NCBI GenBank assembly: GCA_036351155.1
Contig: JAZBOO010000175.1
Coordinates: 1-26,905 of the forward strand
Direction: 5' to 3'
DNA: 26,905 nucleotides
Source: Candidatus Krumholzibacteriia bacterium
GTDB lineage: Bacteria > Krumholzibacteriota > Krumholzibacteriia > LZORAL124-64-63
Made by a program: the position numbers and the translations under genes. The notes beneath the pieces are model-generated. The model had not been told where the DNA came from, made no database searches, and was given only the letters and a program-made list of their open reading frames with translations. Positions within the stretch are counted from its first letter, which is position 1; each line of letters opens with the position of its first letter. Below are positions 17,478 through 25,474 of this stretch, piece after piece.

Positions 17478-17495
17478 TTGTCAAACAATTAACAG
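17478..17495. promoter_or_regulatory. Putative Rex-like operator upstream of rnfA
   Basis: TTGTCAA-ACAA-TTAACAG, 2 mismatches to TTGTTAA-N4-TTAACAA, abutting the AGGAAGG SD. Confidence 0.55.
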
Positions 17496-17505
17496 GAAGG
17501 CGACC

Positions 17506-18081
17506 ATGGAACTCCTGCTTCTTGTCATAAGTGCAATATTTGTCAACAACTTCGTGTTGGCGCGATTTCTCGGCATCTGCCCGTTCCTGGGCGTGTCCAA
17601 AAAGCTGAGCACGGCGCTGGGCATGACCGGGGCGGTCATGTTCGTCATGACCCTGGCCAGCGTGGTCTCCTGGGTGGTGTACCGTTACATCCTGGAGCCC
17701 CTGGACCTGGTTTTTCTGCAGACGATCACGTTCATCCTGATCATCGCCTCGATGGTCCAGCTTGTCGAGCTGGCACTGCAGAAATTGAGCCCACCGTTGT
17801 ACCGGTCCCTGGGCATTTTCCTGCCTTTGATCACCACCAACTGCGCGGTCCTCGGCTGCGCGGTCATGAACATCCAGAAAAACCACAATCTGCTGGAAAC
17901 CACGGTTTTCGGTATTGCCGCGGCGGTGGGTTTTGGTCTGGCCCTGGTGCTGTTCGCCGGTATTCGCGAGGTGCTGGACCTGGCTGAAACGCCCAAGGTG
18001 TTCAAGGGAACAGCCATCGCACTGGTCACCGCCGGTGTGCTTTCGATGGCGTTCATGGGATTCGCCGGACTGGTGAAGTAA
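17506..18081 (+). CDS. rnfA: Rnf complex subunit A
   Basis: [42 protein letters not shown]. Confidence 0.97.
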   Translation: MELLLLVISAIFVNNFVLARFLGICPFLGVSKKLSTALGMTGAVMFVMTLASVVSWVVYRYILEPLDLVFLQTITFILIIASMVQLVELALQKLSPPLYRSLGIFLPLITTNCAVLGCAVMNIQKNHNLLETTVFGIAAAVGFGLALVLFAGIREVLDLAETPKVFKGTAIALVTAGVLSMAFMGFAGLVK

Positions 18082-18112
18082 AACCACGGCTCTTGATGGA
18101 GGACAAAACGAC

Positions 18113-18940
18113 ATGCTGGTACCAACAGCCGTGTTGGCAGGAATGGGACTCGTGGCCGGGCTGGGGCTGGCCGCGGCCGCGCGGGTATTCGCGGTGGAAA
18201 CCGATCCGCGTCAGGAAAAAGTGAACGATGCCTTGCCCGGCGCCAACTGTGGCGGCTGTGGATTTGCCGGATGTGCCGACTTTGCCGCCGCCGTGGTGGC
18301 CGGCAAGGCCGGTCCGGCCGATTGCCCCGTGGCCGATGACACGGCGCGCCAGGCGGTGGCGGCCATCATGGGCCTCGAAGTGACGGCCGGCAAAAGGCAG
18401 GTGGCCCTGGTCATGTGCCAGGGCGATGACAGCGTGGCCAAGCCTTCCTTCCGCTACAACGGCCAGGCCAGCTGCGCCAGCGCCGACCTGCTGGGCGGCG
18501 GCGACAAGGCCTGCCTGCACGGCTGCCTGGGTTTGGCCGATTGCCAGGCCGTGTGCACCTTCGGGGCCATCGAGATGACCGAGCAGGGCATTGCCCGGGT
18601 CATCCCAGCCCGCTGCACCGGCTGCGGCAAGTGCATTGCCGTGTGTCCCAAGCACATCATCAGCCTGATTCCCGAGGACGCCACCATTCACGTGCTGTGC
18701 GCCAACACCGACAAGGGCGGGGCCGCCAAGAAGGCCTGCGACGTGGCGTGCATCGGCTGCAAGAAATGCGAGAAGGCTTTCGAGGATGATCCGCGGATCA
18801 CCGTGAGCGACTTCCTGGCCCACGTGGACTACGAGCACGCCCCCACCGATCCCAGTCTGGTGGACACCTGCCCCACCGGCGCCCTGGTGTTCCGGGACAT
18901 GCGGAATTTCGACCCCGACAGCCCCAGGGAGCGCTCATGA
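18113..18940 (+). CDS. rnfB: Rnf complex subunit B (polyferredoxin)
   Basis: N-terminal membrane anchor; LPGANCGGCGFAGC..CP; CLHGCLGLADC; CTGCGKC..CP; CIGCKKC..CPTG. Confidence 0.96.
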   Translation: MLVPTAVLAGMGLVAGLGLAAAARVFAVETDPRQEKVNDALPGANCGGCGFAGCADFAAAVVAGKAGPADCPVADDTARQAVAAIMGLEVTAGKRQVALVMCQGDDSVAKPSFRYNGQASCASADLLGGGDKACLHGCLGLADCQAVCTFGAIEMTEQGIARVIPARCTGCGKCIAVCPKHIISLIPEDATIHVLCANTDKGGAAKKACDVACIGCKKCEKAFEDDPRITVSDFLAHVDYEHAPTDPSLVDTCPTGALVFRDMRNFDPDSPRERS

Positions 18941-20286
18941 AATTCAAAGGCGGCATCCACCCTCAGTATCACAAGGTCACCGCGGACCGGGCCATCCGGG
19001 CCATGCCCCTGCTCGAGCGGTACATCGTGCCGGTGGGCCAGCACATCGGCGCGCCGGGCGAGGTCATCGTCGAGAAAGGCCAGGAGGTTCAACGTGGCGA
19101 ACCGTTGACCAGGCCTGCCGGATTCGTCTCGGTGCCGGTTCACGCCCCCACCAGCGGCAAGATCAAGAAGATCGACATGTATCCCCATCCTCTGGGTCGG
19201 CCCCAGCTGGGGATCGAGTTGATCCCCGATGGCCAGGACACCTGGTACGAAGGTCTGAAACCGGTGGGCGACTGGCGCACCCTCGACGCCGACACCCTGC
19301 GCAACGCCATCCGCGACGCGGGCATCGTGGGCATGGGCGGGGCCACTTTTCCCACCCACGTCAAGCTGAGCCCGCCCAGGGAAAAGCCCATCGACCTGTT
19401 GATTCTCAACGGGGCCGAGTGCGAGCCCTACCTGACCAGCGACCACCGCATCATGCTGGAGTATGCCGAAGACGTGAACGAGGGCATCGGCCTGATGATG
19501 CGGGTGCTGGGGGTGACCAAGGCCATCGTCGGCATCGAGAGCAACAAGGAAGACGCCCGCCTGGCCCTGGCTGCATCACGTCCCGCCAACCTCGACATCA
19601 GCTACGAGCTGCTGGAAACCAAGTATCCCCAGGGGTCGGAAAAGCACCTGATCTATGCCCTGTGCGGACGCACCGTGCCCGCCGGGGGCCTGCCCATGGA
19701 CGTGGGTGTCGTGGTCCAGAACGTGGGCACCGCTGCGGCCTGCCTGGAAGCCGTGCGCGATGGCCGACCCATGACCGAACGCGTGGTCACGGTGACGGGC
19801 TCGGCCGTGGCCCAGCCCGAGAACCTGCTGGTGCGGGTGGGCACGCCTTTGCAGGATGTCATCGACTTTTGCGGCGGGCTGGACGACCACACCGGCAAGA
19901 TCATCTACGGCGGCCCCATGATGGGCATGGTGCAGTTCGAGCTGGATAGCCCGGTCCTCAAGGGGACCAGCGGCATCCTCTGCCTCCGCGAGGACGAGGT
20001 CAGCCAGTTCGAGGGCGGCCCGTGCATCCGCTGCGGCAACTGCGTGGACGTGTGTCCCATGTTCCTGGTGCCCGCGCAGATGGGGGTGCTGGTCGAACGT
20101 TCGCGCTGGGAAGACCTGGGCGACTATCACGTGACCGACTGCATCGAGTGCGGCAGTTGCGCCTATGTGTGTCCATCGCGCCGACCCCTCGTCCAGTTTT
20201 TCAAGCGGGGCAAGCTGGAGTGGCGCGAGCATCAGAAGAAACAGGAAGCCCAGGAAAAACAAGAAGTCCAGGAGAGTCAGCTTTGA
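18937..20286 (+). CDS. rnfC: Rnf complex subunit C
   Basis: GGIHP, QHIGAP, GIVGMGGATFPTHVK, NGAECEPYLT, KYPQGSEK, GGPMMG, CIRCGNCVDVCP, CIECGSCAYVCP; ATGA overlap with rnfB. Confidence 0.97.
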   Translation: MKFKGGIHPQYHKVTADRAIRAMPLLERYIVPVGQHIGAPGEVIVEKGQEVQRGEPLTRPAGFVSVPVHAPTSGKIKKIDMYPHPLGRPQLGIELIPDGQDTWYEGLKPVGDWRTLDADTLRNAIRDAGIVGMGGATFPTHVKLSPPREKPIDLLILNGAECEPYLTSDHRIMLEYAEDVNEGIGLMMRVLGVTKAIVGIESNKEDARLALAASRPANLDISYELLETKYPQGSEKHLIYALCGRTVPAGGLPMDVGVVVQNVGTAAACLEAVRDGRPMTERVVTVTGSAVAQPENLLVRVGTPLQDVIDFCGGLDDHTGKIIYGGPMMGMVQFELDSPVLKGTSGILCLREDEVSQFEGGPCIRCGNCVDVCPMFLVPAQMGVLVERSRWEDLGDYHVTDCIECGSCAYVCPSRRPLVQFFKRGKLEWREHQKKQEAQEKQEVQESQL

Positions 20287-21314
20287 GCACACCGATCAAG
20301 GACAACATCGCGGTCGAGAAACTGATCGTCAGCGCCTCACCTCATGTGCACAGCGGCATGGATGTGCCCCGGGTCATGCGGGATGTCATCCTGGCCCTGG
20401 TGCCCGGGGTGCTGGTGGGCATCTGGTACTTCGGGCTGGATGCGGCGCGGGTTCTGCTGCTGGCGGTGATCGGTTGCCTGCTCACCGAGTGGGTCATGGC
20501 CCGTCTGCTGGGGCGTAAATCACCCATCGGTGACCTGAGCGCCGCGCTGACCGGCATCTTGCTGGCCATGAACCTGCCCTCAGGCAGCCCCTGGTGGATG
20601 GTCCTGCTGGGTAGCCTGGTGGCCATCGCCCTGGGCAAGGCCATCTACGGTGGGCTGGGCTATAACCCCTTCAATCCCGCCCTGGTGGCCCGGGTGTTCC
20701 TGCTGATCTCTTTCCCGGTGCAGATGACTCGCTGGGTGGTGCCCCAGGGTCTGGGCACACCTCTGGATGCGGCCACCGGCGCCACCCCCCTGGGTCTGGC
20801 CAAGGAAGCGGCCAGCCTGGGCAAACCTCTGGCCGAGGCCGGCCTGCCCACCAACGCGCAGATGCTCCTGGGTGACATGGGCGGCAGCTTCGGCGAGGTC
20901 AGCGCGCTGGCGCTGGCGCTGGGCGGCCTGTTCCTGCTGTGGCGCGGCCACATCCGCTGGCAAATTCCGGTGGGATTCATCGGCACGGTGGTGCTGATCA
21001 CGGGACTGGCTCACCTCCTGGCCCCCGAGCGATACCTGAGCCCGCTGGTCCATGTGCTGGCCGGCGGTCTGGTGCTGGGCGCCTTCTTCATGGCCACCGA
21101 CATGGTCACCTCGCCGGTCACCCGGCGCGGCATGCTGATCTTCGGTGTGGGCTGCGGCCTGCTGACCGCGGTGATCCGCCTGTGGGGCGGCTACCCCGAG
21201 GGCGTCAGCTTCGCCATCCTGCTGATGAACGCGGCCACACCCTTGATCGATCGCTACACCAGGCCGCGCGTTTTTGGTGGTCAGCGGCGCAAACTATTCG
21301 AGGAAAGGGGATAG
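20283..21314 (+). CDS. rnfD: Rnf complex subunit D
   Basis: TTG start overlapping the rnfC stop, with GGAG SD; SASPH, GGLGYNPFNPAL, FMN-acceptor motif TGATPL, FFMATD.VTSP, GYPEGV. Confidence 0.95.
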   Translation: MSTPIKDNIAVEKLIVSASPHVHSGMDVPRVMRDVILALVPGVLVGIWYFGLDAARVLLLAVIGCLLTEWVMARLLGRKSPIGDLSAALTGILLAMNLPSGSPWWMVLLGSLVAIALGKAIYGGLGYNPFNPALVARVFLLISFPVQMTRWVVPQGLGTPLDAATGATPLGLAKEAASLGKPLAEAGLPTNAQMLLGDMGGSFGEVSALALALGGLFLLWRGHIRWQIPVGFIGTVVLITGLAHLLAPERYLSPLVHVLAGGLVLGAFFMATDMVTSPVTRRGMLIFGVGCGLLTAVIRLWGGYPEGVSFAILLMNAATPLIDRYTRPRVFGGQRRKLFEERG

Positions 21315-21316
21315 TC

Positions 21317-21886
21317 ATGAAGGAAATGCTCACCATGGCCCTTCGCCTGTCCTTGATCTGCGCGGTGGCGGCTCTGGCACTGGCCCAGGTCGATGGCCTG
21401 ACCCGCGAACCCATCCGCCAGGCCGAGGCCCGCGCTCAGCGCGAAGCGGTCGAGGCCGTTCTGCCCTCCTTTGTCACCCTGGTGAACGACACCTTGCGGG
21501 CCGGCACCGAGGATCAGGTCATTTACTTCAAAGGGGAAAACGAACAGGGACCCGTAGGCACGGCTTTCACCGCCGTCAGCGGCCTGGGTTACTCGGGCGA
21601 GATCGAGATCATGGTCGGCCTGGACCAGGAAGCCAAGGTCAATGGCGTGCGTATTCTGCGCCATGCCGAGACCCCGGGCCTGGGTGCCAACTACGCGGCC
21701 GTCGACGTGCTGAACGCCTTCTACAAGGGCCGCGGCCCCCGCGACAGCTGGCAAGTGACCAAGGATGGCGGGCAGGTGGACGCCATCACGGGTGCCACGG
21801 TGACCGGGCGCGCCATCTGTGACGCCATCGCCAGGGGATTCGAGCAATGGGAGGCCGATCAGAAGGCCGCCGGAGGTTCGCAATGA
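21317..21886 (+). CDS. rnfG: Rnf complex subunit G
   Basis: N-terminal TM helix, GYSGEI, HAETPGLG, FMN-acceptor motif DAITGATVT. Confidence 0.96.
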   Translation: MKEMLTMALRLSLICAVAALALAQVDGLTREPIRQAEARAQREAVEAVLPSFVTLVNDTLRAGTEDQVIYFKGENEQGPVGTAFTAVSGLGYSGEIEIMVGLDQEAKVNGVRILRHAETPGLGANYAAVDVLNAFYKGRGPRDSWQVTKDGGQVDAITGATVTGRAICDAIARGFEQWEADQKAAGGSQ

Positions 21887-22617
21887 GCTACAGCACCACA
21901 TTTTCCCGCGGCCTGTGGAAAGACAATCCCATCTTCCGACTTTTGCTGGGCCTGTGCCCCACCCTGGCTGTGACCACCAGTGTGGAGAACGGACTGGGCA
22001 TGGGGCTGGCCAGCACCTTCGTGCTCCTGTGCAGCAATTTCATGGTGTCGCTGTTGCGGGATTTCATCCCCAAGAAGGTGCGCATCCCGGCCTACATCGT
22101 GGTCATCGCCAGCTTCGTCACCATCGTCGATCTGAGCATGAACGCCTATTTTCACGAGCTTCACAAGAGCCTGGGCCTGTTCATTCCGTTGATCGTGGTC
22201 AACTGCATCATCCTCGGTCGCGCCGAGGCCTTCGCCAGCCGCAACACCGTGGGGCTGAGCATTGTCGACGGACTGGGCATGGGCCTGGGGTTCACCCTGG
22301 GACTGGCCATCCTGGGCGGGGTGCGCGAGCTGCTGGGGTCGGGCACACTGCTGGGCTTCGGAGTGCTGGGCGAGGGGTATCCTCCCATGCTGGTCATGAT
22401 CCTGCCACCGGGAGCATTCTTGACGCTGGGGCTACTGCTGGCCGGCATGAACAAGCTGGAAGAGAAGCGGGCCATCCGGGCCGGTGAAGCCTACCGCCCG
22501 CCGCGGGAAATGGACTGTGGCAGCTGCGTCCTGTGTCACCTGGACGAGAATCTCAAGGCCGCGGATCTCTCGCCCCGCCCCCGGGTGGCGGTGAACGTGG
22601 AGCCGCCCCAGAAGTAG
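21883..22617 (+). CDS. rnfE: Rnf complex subunit E with Cys-containing C-terminal extension
   Basis: LLGLCPTLAVTT, KKVRIP, LGLFIPLIVVNCIILGRAEAFA, LPPGAF; GGAGG SD and ATGA overlap with rnfG. Confidence 0.96.
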   Translation: MSYSTTFSRGLWKDNPIFRLLLGLCPTLAVTTSVENGLGMGLASTFVLLCSNFMVSLLRDFIPKKVRIPAYIVVIASFVTIVDLSMNAYFHELHKSLGLFIPLIVVNCIILGRAEAFASRNTVGLSIVDGLGMGLGFTLGLAILGGVRELLGSGTLLGFGVLGEGYPPMLVMILPPGAFLTLGLLLAGMNKLEEKRAIRAGEAYRPPREMDCGSCVLCHLDENLKAADLSPRPRVAVNVEPPQK

Positions 22618-22624
22618 GGTCGGC

Positions 22625-23116
22625 TCAGGAGTCCTTGTCGGTCAGGGACCGCGCCCAGGCCAGCTCCAGCGAGGCGCAGGCCCGGTTCAAACCCCAGAAG
22701 GTTTCCAGGTGGGAATACCCGGAGGCATCAGCCGCGCGCAGACACCCGGCGGCCGCCTCCTCCATCAGCTCCCAGTCCAGGTCCTGGCCCTTGGCCGCGG
22801 TGGCCAGATCGCGCAGCACACTCATGCCGTAGCTGGCCGCATCGACCTGGGTGCTGACCGGCAGCGGATCGCCATTGACGGCCATGACCGCCGTCATCAT
22901 GGCCTGAGCCACCTCCACCACCCAGAGGACTTCCCGATGCACGGGTCCGCGGTGGATTCGTTCCAGGATCATTTCCTCGCACAACTTGGACCGCTCCAGG
23001 TCAAACCCGTAGGAAGCCGCGGCCGCCTCGGTGGTCTCGTAGCGGGCCTTGGCCGTCTGGGCCAGTTCCAGAGGTGTGCGTTCGTCATGACCGGCAGGTG
23101 GGTTCGTGTCAGCCAT
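22625..23116 (-). CDS. Hypothetical alpha-helical protein, 163 aa
   Basis: Fills the gap between the convergent rnfE and the divergent thioesterase; helical, Ala/Glu/Leu-rich; no recognised motif. Confidence 0.6.
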   Translation of the reverse strand: MADTNPPAGHDERTPLELAQTAKARYETTEAAAASYGFDLERSKLCEEMILERIHRGPVHREVLWVVEVAQAMMTAVMAVNGDPLPVSTQVDAASYGMSVLRDLATAAKGQDLDWELMEEAAAGCLRAADASGYSHLETFWGLNRACASLELAWARSLTDKDS

Positions 23117-23227
23117 AGAAAAAACACCAAGCTTTCGATCAGGTTCGAGGTTGCTAATTTCAAGTCCCTGGCCCCAGAATAGGGCGTTGTCCCTTTCCCG
23201 CCAACCGTGAAAGCGAAGAACCTGACC

Positions 23228-23605
23228 ATGACTGAATGCCCCCGCGAACCGGCCATCCGCGTGCTGATGATGCCCCGTGACACCAATTACCACGGAACTA
23301 TTTTCGGCGGGATCATTCTCAGCCACATTGACCAGGCCGGCGCCGTGGCCACCCTGAAGCAGGGCTGCCAGCGCGTGGTCACCGTGGCCATGGACCAGGT
23401 GGAATTCCACCAGCCCGTGCATGTGGGCGACCTGGTCAGCTTCTACGCCGAGGTGATCAAGGTGGGCCGGACCAGCATCACCGTGCGGGTGCGCGTGGAA
23501 TCGGACCGCCGGACCGCCACCGAAAGCCTGCATGTCACCTCGGCCGACATGACCTTCGTGAATGTCGACGAGCAGGGTCGGCCCATTCCCGTTCCGGAGA
23601 ATTGA
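23228..23605 (+). CDS. Acyl-CoA thioesterase (YciA-like hotdog fold)
   Basis: MPRDTNYHGTIFGG..LSHID, VVTVAMD, PVHVGD, VGRTSI, FVNVDEQGRP. Confidence 0.93.
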   Translation: MTECPREPAIRVLMMPRDTNYHGTIFGGIILSHIDQAGAVATLKQGCQRVVTVAMDQVEFHQPVHVGDLVSFYAEVIKVGRTSITVRVRVESDRRTATESLHVTSADMTFVNVDEQGRPIPVPEN

Positions 23606-23673
23606 CCCGCCACCGGCCCCATGCTAGGGTGGGCCGGTTGCCAGGATCCCAACCTTTGCCAAGGAAGTCCGCC

Positions 23674-24282
23674 ATGAATCAGAAAACCCGGATCATCAGC
23701 CAGATCCTGTTCCTGCTGTTGCTCATTCCTCTGCTCGCACATGCGGCCATGGTCGAGCCCAAGACCAAGCGGGAATACCCCGAAGAGGTGAAGGTGGGCC
23801 AGGACGATGCGGCCTACACCCTGAAGGGCACCGGAGTCGCCCTTCGGGAAAAGACCTTCATGAAGGTCGATGTCTACGTGATCGCCTCGTACATTTCCGC
23901 CAAGGCGGAGATCCAGGACAACAAGGCCCAGCAGGTCAAGGATCTGGACGTGAACAAGCGCCTGGTCATGGATCTGACTCGTGGCTTCAGCGCGGAGAAG
24001 CTGAAGAAAGCTTTTTCCGAGGTGATCGAGAAGAACTACCAGGACATGTCGATGTTCAAGGCCGACATGGACACCTTCCTGGCCTACTTCACCAAGGACG
24101 CCGAGGAGGGCGACAACCTGGTGTTCGATTACCAGCCCCAGATCGGCTTGACCACCACCGTGAACGGCGAGGTCAAGGGCGTCATCAACAACTTCGAATT
24201 CGTCAAGGCTTTGTGGACCGTGTGGTTCGGAGACAAGCCTGCCAGCAAGGGTATGCGTGAAGATCTTGTGACATACCTGTGA
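23674..24282 (+). CDS. Secreted chalcone-isomerase-fold protein, 202 aa
   Basis: Signal peptide ending AHA; L.GTGVALREK.F.KVDVY, VNGEVKG.I, F.KALW.VWFGDKP..K.MREDL. Confidence 0.85.
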   Translation: MNQKTRIISQILFLLLLIPLLAHAAMVEPKTKREYPEEVKVGQDDAAYTLKGTGVALREKTFMKVDVYVIASYISAKAEIQDNKAQQVKDLDVNKRLVMDLTRGFSAEKLKKAFSEVIEKNYQDMSMFKADMDTFLAYFTKDAEEGDNLVFDYQPQIGLTTTVNGEVKGVINNFEFVKALWTVWFGDKPASKGMREDLVTYL

Positions 24283-24306
24283 AATAATTTCTTTGGCGAT
24301 CGGGAA

Positions 24307-24344
24307 AAATCCCGCCTTACCAAGTGAGGCGGGATTTCATTTTC
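24307..24344 (+). terminator. Intrinsic terminator after the CHI-fold gene
   Basis: AAATCCCGCCTTAC-caa-GTGAGGCGGGATTT stem (one G:U) followed by CATTTTC. Confidence 0.85.
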
Positions 24345-24348
24345 AAAG

Positions 24349-24366
24349 CTGATAAATTGTTAACAC
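24349..24366. promoter_or_regulatory. Putative Rex-like operator (distal) upstream of the decaheme gene
   Basis: CTGATAA-ATTG-TTAACAC, 3 mismatches to TTGTTAA-N4-TTAACAA. Confidence 0.4.
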
Positions 24367-24472
24367 ATTTATCCTGAACCAGTTGCATCTCCACTCCCCC
24401 CATTCCACCTAAGTCACTGCAAAACAAGAGCGTTTTGGTTGTTATCTCATGCCCCGAACCTGTTATTTTTTA

Positions 24473-24490
24473 TTCTTGAAATGTTAACAA
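24473..24490. promoter_or_regulatory. Putative Rex-like operator (proximal) upstream of the decaheme gene
   Basis: TTCTTGA-AATG-TTAACAA, 2 mismatches to TTGTTAA-N4-TTAACAA. Confidence 0.5.
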
Positions 24491-24547
24491 GCGATCACTA
24501 ACCTGCCCGAAGTAAACGTTTGCTAACTTCTCTTTCGGAGGTATCAC

Positions 24548-25462
24548 ATGCGGCGCCCTATCCTGATCGCGGCAGGCCTGCTCCTCCTGATTCCCATGCA
24601 GGCAACGGCAGGAAGTTCCTACCTGGAACAGCTCGATCTGCCGGCCGACGCCACGTACGTCGGCGGGGAATCTTGTTTGGATTGCCATGACGATGTTGGT
24701 GAAATGTACACCCACTCTCCCCACTCTCCCGGCATGGCCCTGATGGTGCCCGGCAGTGCGGCCGAGAGCTGCGAAGCATGCCACGGACCCGGCAGCCTGC
24801 ACATCGAGGCCGAGGGTGACGGCAACATCATCGGTCTGGAAGCCCTCCAGGCCATGGACGAAAACATGCGGGTGGCCATGTGCCTGCAGTGTCACACCGG
24901 CCAGAGCCACGACTGGGACACCAGCGACCATGTGAACAGCGGCATCTCCTGTGCCGACTGCCACGGTGACCAGGTGCACTTCGCCGTGAAGGCCACGCCT
25001 GCCGGTGATTACCGGAACCAGGCCGAATTCTGCATCCAGTGTCACAGCAACCAGGTGGCCGACTTCCGGATGCCCTCCCGCCACCGGGTCCTCGAAGGCC
25101 AGATGTCCTGCAACGATTGCCATGATCCCCACGCGGGATTCGAGGCAACCGGCTGGAACGGCCTGAACGACACCTGCCTGGAGTGCCACACCGAAGTGGC
25201 CGGCCCCTACGTGTTCGAACACGAGGCCGTGACCGGTGAAGACTGCACCGCCTGTCACAAGGCTCACGGGTCCATGCACGACAAGCTGCTGACCCAGGAC
25301 GGCAACACCCTGTGCATGCAGTGCCACTACGGCGCCGATTTCGAGGGTGGCTTCAACATTGGCGACCAGGCCCACGCCGGCCTGCTGGGAATGGAAGCCC
25401 GTTGCTACGACTGTCACACCGCGGTGCACGGCTCGAACGTGGACCACACCTTCCGGAACTAA
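24548..25462 (+). CDS. Periplasmic decaheme c-type cytochrome, MtrA/DmsE/PioA family
   Basis: Signal peptide; ten CxxCH motifs (CLDCH, CEACH, CLQCH, CADCH, CIQCH, CNDCH, CLECH, CTACH, CMQCH, CYDCH); family hallmarks CHGPGSLH, GPYVFEH, VHGSN; GGAGG SD. Confidence 0.95.
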   Translation: MRRPILIAAGLLLLIPMQATAGSSYLEQLDLPADATYVGGESCLDCHDDVGEMYTHSPHSPGMALMVPGSAAESCEACHGPGSLHIEAEGDGNIIGLEALQAMDENMRVAMCLQCHTGQSHDWDTSDHVNSGISCADCHGDQVHFAVKATPAGDYRNQAEFCIQCHSNQVADFRMPSRHRVLEGQMSCNDCHDPHAGFEATGWNGLNDTCLECHTEVAGPYVFEHEAVTGEDCTACHKAHGSMHDKLLTQDGNTLCMQCHYGADFEGGFNIGDQAHAGLLGMEARCYDCHTAVHGSNVDHTFRN

Positions 25463-25474
25463 AGGAGCCTGGCC

